Positions 1-9,033 of a DNA stretch of 64,000 bases are shown piece after piece. Every line of letters begins with the position of its first letter. Positions within the stretch are counted from its first letter, which is position 1. The stretch covers positions 7,923 through 71,922 of the forward strand of contig JAIRMH010000099.1 in the NCBI GenBank assembly GCA_031258835.1. The letters run 5' to 3'. This DNA is from Tannerella sp. Lineage in GTDB: Bacteria; Bacteroidota; Bacteroidia; Bacteroidales; Tannerellaceae. The notes beneath the pieces are model-generated. The model was given only the letters and a program-made list of their open reading frames with translations, did not search any database and had not been told where the DNA came from. Both the position numbers and the translations under genes were made by a program.

Positions 1-226
1 GAGAAAATTCAATTCCGTCCAATCCTAAATCAGCTAAATTATTTATTGCCTCGGAAAGAGGAATGTTACGTTTCTTGAAGTCACGCCATAAAATCCAACC
101 CATCGCCCATTGAAGATTTTTCCCCTTTTGTGAAATCTTCCTGTTTGAGCAAGACGCAAAACCGACCCCTGCAACCATTGACAGCGAACCGACAGCAACA
201 TTTTGTATAAAAGATCTTCTATTCAT
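1..226 (-). CDS. Tat-exported (lipo)protein, sugar-phosphate isomerase/epimerase (xylose-isomerase-like TIM barrel); 5' part only, runs off window edge
   Basis: Manual translation from ATG at 226: MNRRSFIQNVAVGSLSMVAGVGFASCSNRKISQKGKNLQWAMGWILWRDFKKRNIPLSEAINNLADLGLDGIEFS. It has a twin-arginine motif, a lipobox-like FASC, and the xDLGxDGIE motif typical of the AP-endonuclease-2/xylose-isomerase-like barrel. Not in the ORF track because it is truncated. Confidence 0.7.
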   Translation of the reverse strand, partial: MNRRSFIQNVAVGSLSMVAGVGFASCSNRKISQKGKNLQWAMGWILWRDFKKRNIPLSEAINNLADLGLDGIEFS

Positions 227-254
227 ATTGATATATTTTTATAAGTTTATATAA

Positions 255-1259
255 TTATTTAGGATCTACTTCCCTGTATGCCTGTATAATGGCCATTTCA
301 CCTTCTTTTCCGGGCTTGCTCTGCCCGTGTTCAAGGGAAATCACTTCGTCGTAGTTGCGATTATGCAGCCATTGAAAAATAAATTTGTAGTTGATTTCAC
401 CTGATGTCGGTTCATTGCGTCCGGGGTTATCGCCGACATGTATAGACCCGATATAATCCCAACAATCGATCATGTTAGGGATAAGATTCCCTTCCGTGAC
501 TTGCTGATGATAGAGGTCGTTCACCATTTTGCAACACGGGTGATTTACGGCTACGCAAATCATTTTGGCCTGCGTGGTGCGCGTAAGGAAAACACCAGGA
601 TGATTCACGTACGTATTCAGCGGTTCCATCACTAATTCCAAACCGGCATCACCGACAATATCACAGCAAAACCGCAAATTCTCAATAACATTGGCAGTCT
701 GATATTCCACATGCAATTTAGGATCAATATTACCCAATACGATCAGGCCTTTATTGATACCCGTACGCTTCTGAACTTCAAGCCCTGCCAGCATTTTCTC
801 TTTCAACATGTTCCTGACGGAATCATTTTTAAGAACGAAATGCGTACCTCCGGCTGTTTTCAGGGAAAACTGTCCCAGTTCGAGACCCCGTTTATGGGCT
901 TCATTGGCTATTTTTTCCTGCTCCTGCACCGGACGTTCTATCAGCCCAAGATCATAAGCCGCACGAAAACCCTGGTCGGCAATAAACCTGAGGTTATCGA
1001 CAGTATCCTGCCCGGCGTTCTGTTTAAACATGCCCAACGCAGGGGCATATTTCAATGTAAATTTAGCGCCGTTCGACACCCTTGCACTTGCACTCGCATT
1101 CGCATTCGCATTTGCACTCGCACCCGCACCCGCACTTGCATTCGCACTCGCATTTGCACTCGCATTCGCCACCGCTGGCTCACCCCCGTTCATTCCTGCG
1201 CCAAGAGATGCTAAAGCGGCGCTGCCGACAATTCTTTTGATAAAATTTCTACGTTCCAT
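255..1259 (-). CDS. Tat-exported hydroxypyruvate-isomerase-like (xylose-isomerase-like TIM barrel) protein
   Basis: MERRNF Tat motif; Hyi-family motifs [37 protein letters not shown]. Confidence 0.85.
   Translation of the reverse strand: MERRNFIKRIVGSAALASLGAGMNGGEPAVANASANASANASAGAGASANANANASASARVSNGAKFTLKYAPALGMFKQNAGQDTVDNLRFIADQGFRAAYDLGLIERPVQEQEKIANEAHKRGLELGQFSLKTAGGTHFVLKNDSVRNMLKEKMLAGLEVQKRTGINKGLIVLGNIDPKLHVEYQTANVIENLRFCCDIVGDAGLELVMEPLNTYVNHPGVFLTRTTQAKMICVAVNHPCCKMVNDLYHQQVTEGNLIPNMIDCWDYIGSIHVGDNPGRNEPTSGEINYKFIFQWLHNRNYDEVISLEHGQSKPGKEGEMAIIQAYREVDPK
1084..1167. repeat. 14 x 6-bp in-frame tandem repeat (GCAYYY) encoding an Ala-X linker after the Tat signal
   Basis: gcactt gcactc gcattc gcattc gcattt gcactc gcaccc gcaccc ...; protein [28 protein letters not shown]. 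Confidence 0.95.
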
Positions 1260-1267
1260 ATTCCTGT

Positions 1268-2008
1268 TTATTTATTAACATTAAAAATCATTGTTATCCC
1301 CACTAAAAGTAATGAAGCAAACACTACTTTCTTGAAAAGCGTTTCACTTACCCTTTTATGTGTAACTTCGCCTGCTATTATCCCCAAAATCAAAAAAGGG
1401 AACAAGAATAACAGTTCACATCCGACAGTTTCGGTTATTTTCTTTTCCATAAAATATTGTATTAACAATACGGAATTCAGCATTGCCCATAAAAGGCACA
1501 TTGTTGCGCGAAATTGCCCTTTGTCCGTTATTTTGTGCGCCGAATAAAGCACGATCAAAGGACCTCCAGTAGCAAACGCTCCGTGAACGACTCCTCCGAA
1601 AAACAGATAGAGATATCGCGGGACAACAGTCCGTACACGTTGTTGGAAAGACGCCTTATACAGTTGTATGGCTGCCGTAAATATGATGAATATCCCCAAT
1701 ATCCTCATTAAGGTATTACCATCCATACTTTTGAACATTAGCATCCCTGCCGGCATCCCCGCCCCGGCTAAACCTGCAATGATCCCCAATTGTTTCCAAT
1801 TGATTTCTCTCGATTTGGCGATTGCAAAATACGCAGCCAATATCCATGCAAAAATCGAAAGAATGATTTTGGAATGTTCCATATCTCCGTCCAAAAGCAT
1901 AAGTACAAACGGAAACGCCAACACCGTACAGCCGAATCCCGTCACGGCTTCAAGCGCATGAGTGAGTAATATTACGATTCCTGCAGAAAATAACTGTAAC
2001 GTATCCAT
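1268..2008 (-). CDS. TauE/SafE family sulfite/sulfonate exporter (putative isethionate exporter)
   Basis: 246-aa polytopic membrane protein, VTGFGC and GAFATGGP motifs; context of SQ-pathway genes. Confidence 0.85.
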   Translation of the reverse strand: MDTLQLFSAGIVILLTHALEAVTGFGCTVLAFPFVLMLLDGDMEHSKIILSIFAWILAAYFAIAKSREINWKQLGIIAGLAGAGMPAGMLMFKSMDGNTLMRILGIFIIFTAAIQLYKASFQQRVRTVVPRYLYLFFGGVVHGAFATGGPLIVLYSAHKITDKGQFRATMCLLWAMLNSVLLIQYFMEKKITETVGCELLFLFPFLILGIIAGEVTHKRVSETLFKKVVFASLLLVGITMIFNVNK

Positions 2009-2011
2009 TCC

Positions 2012-3286
2012 TTATATTTTAAGCGTTAACAAGGAAACAATCATCGCCTCATCCATATCGACAATATTATTTTTCATCTTCGGATCGTCAAGCGACTTGC
2101 GAAACAAATCCCCTATCCTGCCGACTTCCAAACAGATATTTAAATCGCCGAAAGTAAACGGCAAAGAGAATTTCTTTTTCAATGCGACGATTCTGTCCAG
2201 CAATGCCGCAGTCATGCAATCGTCGTCGCGTTCTCCCGATGCCGCAGCAGTCATGCGATCGTCATTGTGTTCTCCCGATACTGCCGCAGTCATGCGATCG
2301 TCATTGTGTTCTCCCGATGCCGCGGTCATACCGGCGTCGCTTTCTCCGAACAGTTCCCTGCCGATTTTTGCAAGTCGCCGTTTCGTAGCCACATTCACAA
2401 CATTGAGCCGGAAGACGTCTTCAAGTAGAAACGCACAAGCCGTTCCGTGCGGGACATGCCACTCTTCGGAGAGGATAAACGACAAGGCATGAACTGCCGC
2501 CGTGCCCGTCATGCTGAAAGCCGCTCCTGCCATACATGCTCCTTCGAGCATCTCGGCGCGACCATCCGTCGACCCCGACAATGAACTATCGTAGGCGCGT
2601 TCCATCCATTTCAGGATATGTACGGCGCTTTCTACAGCCACCCTGTCGGTTAGCGGATTGGCGTTTTTGTTCCATATTGTTTCCAAAGCATGCGAAAGCG
2701 CGTCAAAAGCAGTCGAAGCCGTGAGAGCCGGAGGAAGCGTTTCGACATATTCAGTAACAAGAACGGCGATATCTGCCTGCATCAAAGGATGCCCTAACGT
2801 ATATTTGCGTCCGTCGTGCGACGTATAAACGCCCACTTTCGTTACCTCCGAGCCGGTTCCTGCAGTAGTAGGAATAAGTATCAGTTTAACATCCCGTTTT
2901 TCTATTTTTCTTGACGGCATTGCTCCCAGATAATCATCCGGTTCGCCGCCATTACTTAATATGACAGCCACGCCTTTGGCCGCATCCATCGAACTGCCGC
3001 CACCAATACCGATCACCACATTAACAGGCTTGCCTTTCATCGCGTTGACCATTGCCGTCACGTCACGGGTCTTCGGATCAGGAAACACCTTGTCTTGAAT
3101 TTCTACGTTACGTAATTTTTGCAACCCTTTGAGCATGGCGTCGCGCGGCGGCAAGGGATAATTGTCGATAATCATGCATGGATAAGCGCTCTCCCCGCCA
3201 ACGTAAAAGATGAGCTTGTCCATATCCTGTGGCGATAAATGTCCGACACGGATAATTTTAGTGGTCGTTACAGCTTGTTCAAACAT
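2012..3286 (-). CDS. Iron-containing (group III) alcohol dehydrogenase, putative sulfoacetaldehyde reductase (SqwF-like)
   Basis: GGGSSMDAAK, PTTAGTGSEVT, DALSHALE, HALS...HVPHG metal ligands; the specific function is inferred from context. Confidence 0.85.
   Translation of the reverse strand: MFEQAVTTTKIIRVGHLSPQDMDKLIFYVGGESAYPCMIIDNYPLPPRDAMLKGLQKLRNVEIQDKVFPDPKTRDVTAMVNAMKGKPVNVVIGIGGGSSMDAAKGVAVILSNGGEPDDYLGAMPSRKIEKRDVKLILIPTTAGTGSEVTKVGVYTSHDGRKYTLGHPLMQADIAVLVTEYVETLPPALTASTAFDALSHALETIWNKNANPLTDRVAVESAVHILKWMERAYDSSLSGSTDGRAEMLEGACMAGAAFSMTGTAAVHALSFILSEEWHVPHGTACAFLLEDVFRLNVVNVATKRRLAKIGRELFGESDAGMTAASGEHNDDRMTAAVSGEHNDDRMTAAASGERDDDCMTAALLDRIVALKKKFSLPFTFGDLNICLEVGRIGDLFRKSLDDPKMKNNIVDMDEAMIVSLLTLKI
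2204..2329. repeat. About 3.3 copies of a 36-39-bp in-frame tandem repeat inside the Fe-ADH gene
   Basis: Repeated gcagtcatgcgatcgtcattgtgttctcccgat; protein MTAASGEHNDDR MTAAVSGEHNDDR MTAAASGERDDDC MTAA. Confidence 0.95.
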
Positions 3287-3298
3287 TGATTTACCGGT

Positions 3299-3781
3299 TT
3301 ATTTATACAATTCCGTTTCCATGTCGCCGATCTCTTTCACACAGTTCGCCAGGAATATTTTCCAGTCATCGTCAACGCCATCTGTGAAATTTGTTTCCAG
3401 CCACTTATCAATCAGTAGAAATGCATGTTTTGGCGGTGTCAACCATTCGCCGAACACTACGACATTACAATTATTAATAGCTTTCGCTTGCTGTGCAGTG
3501 AAAGTATTGAACACATGCACAGGATATACGCCTTTGAACTTGGCCGCTGTGATAACGCTGCCTGCGCCCGTACCGCAAATAATAACGCCGCGCCGGTATT
3601 TTTTTTCAGACACTCCGCGAGCGACTGCTGCGGCCGCTTTATGGTAAGGCACAAACTCCCCGTCCGTTTTCATGCCGACGTCATCCGCCTCAAATCCCTT
3701 GTTTTCCAGGTAAGCAATCAATTCCCCCTTCAAGGTCAGACCCGCGCGGGTACTACCTATAATAATTTTTTCTTTTCCCAT
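3299..3781 (-). CDS. RpiB/LacAB family isomerase, putative sulfoerythrose isomerase (SqwI-like)
   Basis: ICGTGAG catalytic motif and NNCNV. The N-terminal GSTRAG replaces canonical GxDHxG, suggesting altered specificity. Confidence 0.85.
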   Translation of the reverse strand: MGKEKIIIGSTRAGLTLKGELIAYLENKGFEADDVGMKTDGEFVPYHKAAAAVARGVSEKKYRRGVIICGTGAGSVITAAKFKGVYPVHVFNTFTAQQAKAINNCNVVVFGEWLTPPKHAFLLIDKWLETNFTDGVDDDWKIFLANCVKEIGDMETELYK

Positions 3782-3799
3782 TCCAATTCTTTTTAAAAG

Positions 3800-4741
3800 T
3801 TATTTTTTCTTTCCCAGTAATTTTATTGCATTAGAAGCCAAATTCTCGGCTGTCAGGCCAAAACGTTGTTGCAGGTATTTTTGTTCGCCAACCTCTCCAA
3901 ATTCATCGTTTACTCCTATACGTTTCATTAACGTCGGATAATTTTCCGAAAGGACTTCCGCTACCGCAGAACCTAATCCGTTTATTATCTGGTGATTTTC
4001 AAAAGTAAGCAGTGCGCCCGTTTTCTTTGCATACCGCAATACAAGTTCTTCGTCAATCGGTTTAACAGTATGCATGTCAATCACAGCTGCTGATATACCT
4101 TTACCGGCAAGTATTTCGCTTGCCTTCAACGCTTCATTCACGGGAATAACGCCGATAGCAATTAATGCGACATCGCCGCCGTCCTTCAACACCTTCCCTT
4201 TTCCCAATTCAAACGTCTCATTTTCAGAATATATAACCGGAGCGGGCTTACGAAACAGCCGCATATAGGTACAACCCTGATGATAAGCGCTTTTAACCGT
4301 CAACATCTTCAACGATACCGGATCGCACGGTTCAAAAACGACTAATTCGGGTATATTCCTCATGATGCCCAAATCTTCAAAAGGCATGTGTGTCCCCCCA
4401 TTATATGCAGCCGATATACCAGGGTCTGTGCCTGTTAGCTTAACATTACGCCGTGCATAATTGGCCGAAATAAAAAATTGATCGTACGTTCTTCGGGAAG
4501 CAAAACATCCAAAGGTATCGGCAAAGGGAATCTTTCCTCCCGCCGAAAGACCGGCGGCAATCCCCACCATATTGGCTTCCGCCACACCTACATTAAAAGT
4601 ACGTTGCGGAAATTTATTACGGAACGCGGTGGTGCCCGATGCTTTCATCAAATCAGCCTCCAATAACACAATCCGCTCATCTTTTTCCGCAAGTGTCATA
4701 AGTGTCTGAGCATATACCGCTCTCATCTCCAATTGATCCAT
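3800..4741 (-). CDS. Transketolase, C-terminal (pyrimidine-binding) subunit, SqwH-like
   Basis: VGVAEANMVG, NGGTHMPFED, ENHQIINGLGSAVAE; start moved to ATG 4741 (MDQLEMR). Confidence 0.92.
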   Translation of the reverse strand: MDQLEMRAVYAQTLMTLAEKDERIVLLEADLMKASGTTAFRNKFPQRTFNVGVAEANMVGIAAGLSAGGKIPFADTFGCFASRRTYDQFFISANYARRNVKLTGTDPGISAAYNGGTHMPFEDLGIMRNIPELVVFEPCDPVSLKMLTVKSAYHQGCTYMRLFRKPAPVIYSENETFELGKGKVLKDGGDVALIAIGVIPVNEALKASEILAGKGISAAVIDMHTVKPIDEELVLRYAKKTGALLTFENHQIINGLGSAVAEVLSENYPTLMKRIGVNDEFGEVGEQKYLQQRFGLTAENLASNAIKLLGKKK

Positions 4742-4763
4742 CGTTTTTTTCCATGTTAAAAAT

Positions 4764-5588
4764 TCAACTATTGTCAAGCATGACGCAAGCTTCTTGCGCC
4801 ATTTCATATTTCACATTCATATTATGATTATCCAAACGTCTTTCTGCAAAGAATGCACCTTTGCCTTTGATCGTATCAAGAATGATCATCGAAGGTCTGT
4901 ACTGTTCTTTTTTCGCACGTTCGACAGCCATGTCCATATCTTCAAAATCGTGACCATTAACACGCTGGACAAACCATCCGAAAGCGCTCCATTTGGCGTT
5001 CAAGTCTTCTATGTTCATAATGTCGTGCACATAACCGTCAATCTGCATCTTGTTGTAATCGGTGAAAGCTATCAGGTCGTTCAATTTGAAATGTGCTGCG
5101 GCCATCGCTCCTTCCCATATCTGTCCTTCGTTCGATTCGCCGTCGCCAATAATGAGATACACTTTTTTATTGATCCTGTCAAGCCGGTTTGCCAATGCAA
5201 TACCGACAGCCGCCGATATACCCTGTCCCAGCGAACCGGTAGACATGTCGATGCCCGGCGTCCGGTTCATATCACAATGACTGGGCAAATTCGTACCGCC
5301 AACGTTCAAGGTATGCAACCATTCCGTTGGGAAAAATCCCTTTTCCGCCAGGATGCTGTACAAGGCCGGACCGGCATGTCCTTTCGACATCACCAGCTTG
5401 TCGCGTTCTTTTTTGCCGGGGTCTACAGGAGAAACTTCCATGTGACGTTCATACAGCAACGTCAGGATTTCTACCACCGATAAAGCGCCACCTATATGGC
5501 CGACCCCCAAATATCCGATAGCATCAATCGTCATTTTGCGGATTTCTTTCGCTTTCGCTTCCAATCGTTTTATTTCCAATAATTCCAT
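4764..5588 (-). CDS. Transketolase, N-terminal ThDP-binding subunit, SqwG-like
   Basis: GHIGGALS, SKGHAGP, STGSLGQG, GDGESNEG..N ThDP motif. Confidence 0.93.
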   Translation of the reverse strand: MELLEIKRLEAKAKEIRKMTIDAIGYLGVGHIGGALSVVEILTLLYERHMEVSPVDPGKKERDKLVMSKGHAGPALYSILAEKGFFPTEWLHTLNVGGTNLPSHCDMNRTPGIDMSTGSLGQGISAAVGIALANRLDRINKKVYLIIGDGESNEGQIWEGAMAAAHFKLNDLIAFTDYNKMQIDGYVHDIMNIEDLNAKWSAFGWFVQRVNGHDFEDMDMAVERAKKEQYRPSMIILDTIKGKGAFFAERRLDNHNMNVKYEMAQEACVMLDNS

Positions 5589-5602
5589 TTTAATAATTCC
5601 GT

Positions 5603-6268
5603 TTATATCAATATTTTTATATTATCGCCTGTAATGCCCGGCCATGCGCCTTTTTGCATCAAGGGTTCCCTGTCGGGATGAGCAAGCAACCATTTATTGC
5701 GGGCGAACAGATATTTGTCGCCATATTTTGATTTATCATTTTCCAATGGCTCATTAGTGCCGCGCGGCAAAACCACAATACATTTAAAACCTTCGGAACA
5801 TGTTTTGCAAGGGGAAAAATGCAACGTTGTTTCATATAATTGTACGGCAGTATGCTTAGGGACGAAAAACGCTTCCACTTCTCTCGAAAAATAATATCCT
5901 CCTTTTATATCCTGCAAATGTCCCACCAACAGTACGAGATCGGTAACCGCTACGTCAATCTCACTGCCGCGATGATACTCCAGTCCGTTCAAAGTAGAAT
6001 TACGTCCGTTGCAATAACCTGTCTGAACCGGCATTTCACCATAAAACCCATTTTCCAGCAGATTTCTAAGCGGTAAATTTTCCAGTTCCGACACCGATGC
6101 TTTGTATATATTACCTTCTTCTGGAATTGACGTTTCGTTTTCCATGTAATTCAACGCTTCCGTAAAATCATAGTCCGTAATAAGCGTACCATACGCCCGG
6201 AACGATTCATTGCTTACTTCTTTTATCTCAATATGAGCGTTTTTTAGCGCCAGCTTTTCAATGATCAT
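5603..6268 (-). CDS. DUF4867 family protein (SftX/SqvB-like, marker of sulfoglycolysis clusters)
   Basis: GYCNGRNSTLNGLEYHRGSE, LYETTLHFSPC, ARNKWLLAHP motifs. Confidence 0.85.
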   Translation of the reverse strand: MIIEKLALKNAHIEIKEVSNESFRAYGTLITDYDFTEALNYMENETSIPEEGNIYKASVSELENLPLRNLLENGFYGEMPVQTGYCNGRNSTLNGLEYHRGSEIDVAVTDLVLLVGHLQDIKGGYYFSREVEAFFVPKHTAVQLYETTLHFSPCKTCSEGFKCIVVLPRGTNEPLENDKSKYGDKYLFARNKWLLAHPDREPLMQKGAWPGITGDNIKILI

Positions 6269-6291
6269 TGTAAAAGATTTTAATGATTAAA

Positions 6292-7626
6292 CTAATATTC
6301 TTTATGCTCAATACCCCAAAAATTACACATCATCCTTACTTCTTCGGTAATCTCGCCATACGCCGCAACGAAATGAGGCTCCCAGCCGTCGCGGACAAGT
6401 TCGGCTATTTTTGCAGCCGGAGAACCCGAAAGCGGACGAACGGTAAGCGATGTACCACAAAACTTTTGCGGTTCGTCCAGCGCTTGACCTCTCATAGTCA
6501 TCATCCTCAATCCATTCTTATCTTTACCTAAACGAAGTATGGTAACAGCGCCTTGTTTAAGGCCAAATTCCATGGTCGGGCCGATTCTCCGGTTTGGATG
6601 TACTCCGAGGAAAGCGCCTTCGGCTGTCCTCGCCAACGACGTAGCTCCCGCTCCACAGTGCCAGAACACAATGCCACCGCATCTTTCGTCGATAGCGACA
6701 GGATCGCCGAAATATGCGGCGCCGGCTGTCAATTCGGATGCGATATACATGCTTATAGCTCCTCCGATGTCCGTCTCGCATGACGCCGCTATGCCGGCAT
6801 CATTCAACAACGATAATACGGCGCACACCGGAACCCCGTATTCTGTGAAAAAATCCGGCCAACAACGCGACGCAATGCTTTTCACTCCGTTTTGCACGGC
6901 AAACTCCTGGTAAGATTTACGCAACCGGGCATACTTGTCCAGATTTTCGGCCGGTATTGATTCCCATCCCTTAGTCCGCGCTTTCAATTCCGCCAGTTCA
7001 CCTGTAATAGCTTCCGATGCATACGATTTCGCCTGCTTTATGATGTTTGCCGCTTCGGTACGAACGATCCTGACGCCGAGTTTTCCTGCGAGCAGGGCCT
7101 CATCGACATCGCCAAAGCCAAACCCGGCCGGTTGAGAGCCAACAACGCCTATCACAAGGTCAGACATCTTTTTCGTTAATGAGAACGCAAACATCATTTG
7201 CCTGAATTTAACTTCAACAGCCGATTCGTCCGGATTACCTAAAACAAACCTGTAATTATATCCTTGCATGAACAGGCTGTTGCATGCGGAGAAGGCGCCG
7301 GTCAGGGAGTTCAACCTTAACCTGCCACCATCAATAGCAGGTTCGCGTAATGACCAAACGACGACCGGGCAATGAAAACGCCGCGTAATCTCCGACACAA
7401 AATCGCTGCCTATAAACGTAGCGCACTGATAAATTACCAACCCGGGATTATCGACCGTATCCATAAAAACCGATAACATTTCGGGAGAAGTAAGCAATTC
7501 CTGAGGATAGCAAATATCATCAAAAAATCGGTTTAGCAGATTGCACGATCTCCTAAAATTGTTTTCGGCGTCAGCTATTGAAAACGTCGTCCGAGCCAAG
7601 GGCAGAAAAAGTATTTTCGATTTCAT
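6292..7626 (-). CDS. L-fucose/L-arabinose-isomerase-fold protein, putative sulfoquinovose isomerase (SqvD/SftI-like)
   Basis: GGRLRLNSLTGA, RCWPDFF, SCETD, FWHCGAG, VHPNRRIGPTMEFGLK, EPHF motifs. Confidence 0.82.
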   Translation of the reverse strand: MKSKILFLPLARTTFSIADAENNFRRSCNLLNRFFDDICYPQELLTSPEMLSVFMDTVDNPGLVIYQCATFIGSDFVSEITRRFHCPVVVWSLREPAIDGGRLRLNSLTGAFSACNSLFMQGYNYRFVLGNPDESAVEVKFRQMMFAFSLTKKMSDLVIGVVGSQPAGFGFGDVDEALLAGKLGVRIVRTEAANIIKQAKSYASEAITGELAELKARTKGWESIPAENLDKYARLRKSYQEFAVQNGVKSIASRCWPDFFTEYGVPVCAVLSLLNDAGIAASCETDIGGAISMYIASELTAGAAYFGDPVAIDERCGGIVFWHCGAGATSLARTAEGAFLGVHPNRRIGPTMEFGLKQGAVTILRLGKDKNGLRMMTMRGQALDEPQKFCGTSLTVRPLSGSPAAKIAELVRDGWEPHFVAAYGEITEEVRMMCNFWGIEHKEY

Positions 7627-7656
7627 TTTTTTTTGACTTTGTTAAATATGAAAATA

Positions 7657-9024
7657 TCACTGTACCTTACGATTCCTTCGTTGCGCCAACTCTCCTATAA
7701 TCTCGTTATAACGCTTATCCGAAAGTTTGTAACAAAACAACATCACGATAAATGTCGCTACCGCTAAAACGCCGGGGTAGATAAACATAAGTCCCCTGAT
7801 ACCCGTCAATGCCGCAGAGGTCTGCTCCTGATTGGGGATATATCCGGCGACAGCCAATACCACGCCGGGGATGAATCCGGCTATCGCTTGCGAGAATTTA
7901 CGAAAAAAGGTGAAAAATGAGTAAACAAGACCTTCCAGTCGTTTGCCGGTTTTCCATTCACCAAATTCTACAGCATCCGATACGAAAACCCAATTGAGCG
8001 TATTAATGAACGAAGATCCGAAAAAAGCTACGCACGAAAGAACAATAAAATCGAACGTATCATTGGCGAGAAACCATGCCGAAAGATCGGCAATCGCCCA
8101 GATCAGGCAGCCAAGCACATACGTCATCTTTTTACCTGTACGCCTGACTGACAACGGCACAAACGCGACACCGATAAAGACGCATAAAATGCTGAAAAAA
8201 CCCATATACGGCACTATATTAATGTCGTTAAGCGAATACTGGCAATAATAAACCTGTACAGCTAATTTTACATTAAAGGCGGAGAACGTAAACAAATTGA
8301 CCAAACACAAGACCAAAAGAGGCATATTTCGAAAAATAGAAGCAAAGCCTACCTTAAGCGATATTTGCTCCTTTTGCCGTTTTACGTCAACATGCCGTTC
8401 CTTTACATTGGCATAACACGTCAACTGCAAGGCCAAACCGGCAAAGGCGAAAACGGCAGCCGCTACCGTATAGCCGGTCTGCATATTATCGAAAGCGGTA
8501 ACAATCGGCATGAAACCCACAGTAGTCAATAGCAAACCGGTATTGGCTCCCGCCCACCGCATCGAAGCCAAATCGGAACGCTCTACCGTATTGCGCGTCA
8601 TAGCCGGTATCATCGATCCGTAAGGTATATTAAAAATACTGTAAACCGTGCCAAAAGTCATGTATGTGGCAAATGCCCATACCGTACGCCCTGTCAGGTC
8701 GAAATCCGGAGTTGTGAAACTGACTACCGTCATAAGCGAAAGCGGTAACGCGGCATATAGCATAAAAGGCCGGAACTTTCCCCTCTTACCGATATTTTTA
8801 CGGTTATCAATCCATGTACCCACGGCAAGATCGGCAAAACCGTCCCACAATTTTGTAACGAGAAACACTAACCCCGCCGTGGTTGCCGGCAAACCCAATG
8901 AATCGGTATAAAATTTCAGGAGGTAAATCTGCCCCATATCAAAGAGGAAATTATTACCCACATCGCCTAACCCGTAGGAGATCTTTTCTTTAAGAGTTAT
9001 ACCTTTGTTTAGTCCTGCTCCCAT
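7657..9024 (-). CDS. yihO: GPH-family MFS cation symporter, closely resembling the E. coli SQ importer YihO
   Basis: Long stretches shared with YihO/YihP as recalled: YLLKFYTD, RKNIG..GKFRPF.LYAA.P, IFRN.PLLVLC..NL.T..AFN.KLA.QVYY.QY.LNDIN, MGFFS, GEWKTG. Confidence 0.8.
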   Translation of the reverse strand: MGAGLNKGITLKEKISYGLGDVGNNFLFDMGQIYLLKFYTDSLGLPATTAGLVFLVTKLWDGFADLAVGTWIDNRKNIGKRGKFRPFMLYAALPLSLMTVVSFTTPDFDLTGRTVWAFATYMTFGTVYSIFNIPYGSMIPAMTRNTVERSDLASMRWAGANTGLLLTTVGFMPIVTAFDNMQTGYTVAAAVFAFAGLALQLTCYANVKERHVDVKRQKEQISLKVGFASIFRNMPLLVLCLVNLFTFSAFNVKLAVQVYYCQYSLNDINIVPYMGFFSILCVFIGVAFVPLSVRRTGKKMTYVLGCLIWAIADLSAWFLANDTFDFIVLSCVAFFGSSFINTLNWVFVSDAVEFGEWKTGKRLEGLVYSFFTFFRKFSQAIAGFIPGVVLAVAGYIPNQEQTSAALTGIRGLMFIYPGVLAVATFIVMLFCYKLSDKRYNEIIGELAQRRNRKVQ

Positions 9025-9033
9025 ATACTTGCT

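Noticed and set aside
1084-2329. Tandem repeats as a CRISPR array
   Set aside because: No unique spacers, in-frame within coding genes, no cas genes; no CRISPR seen anywhere in the window
3299-7626. Reading transketolase + RpiB + fucose isomerase as ordinary pentose-phosphate or L-fucose catabolism
   Set aside because: No sugar kinase or aldolase is present; DUF4867, TauE, the YihO-like importer and Fe-ADH together fit sulfo-TK much better
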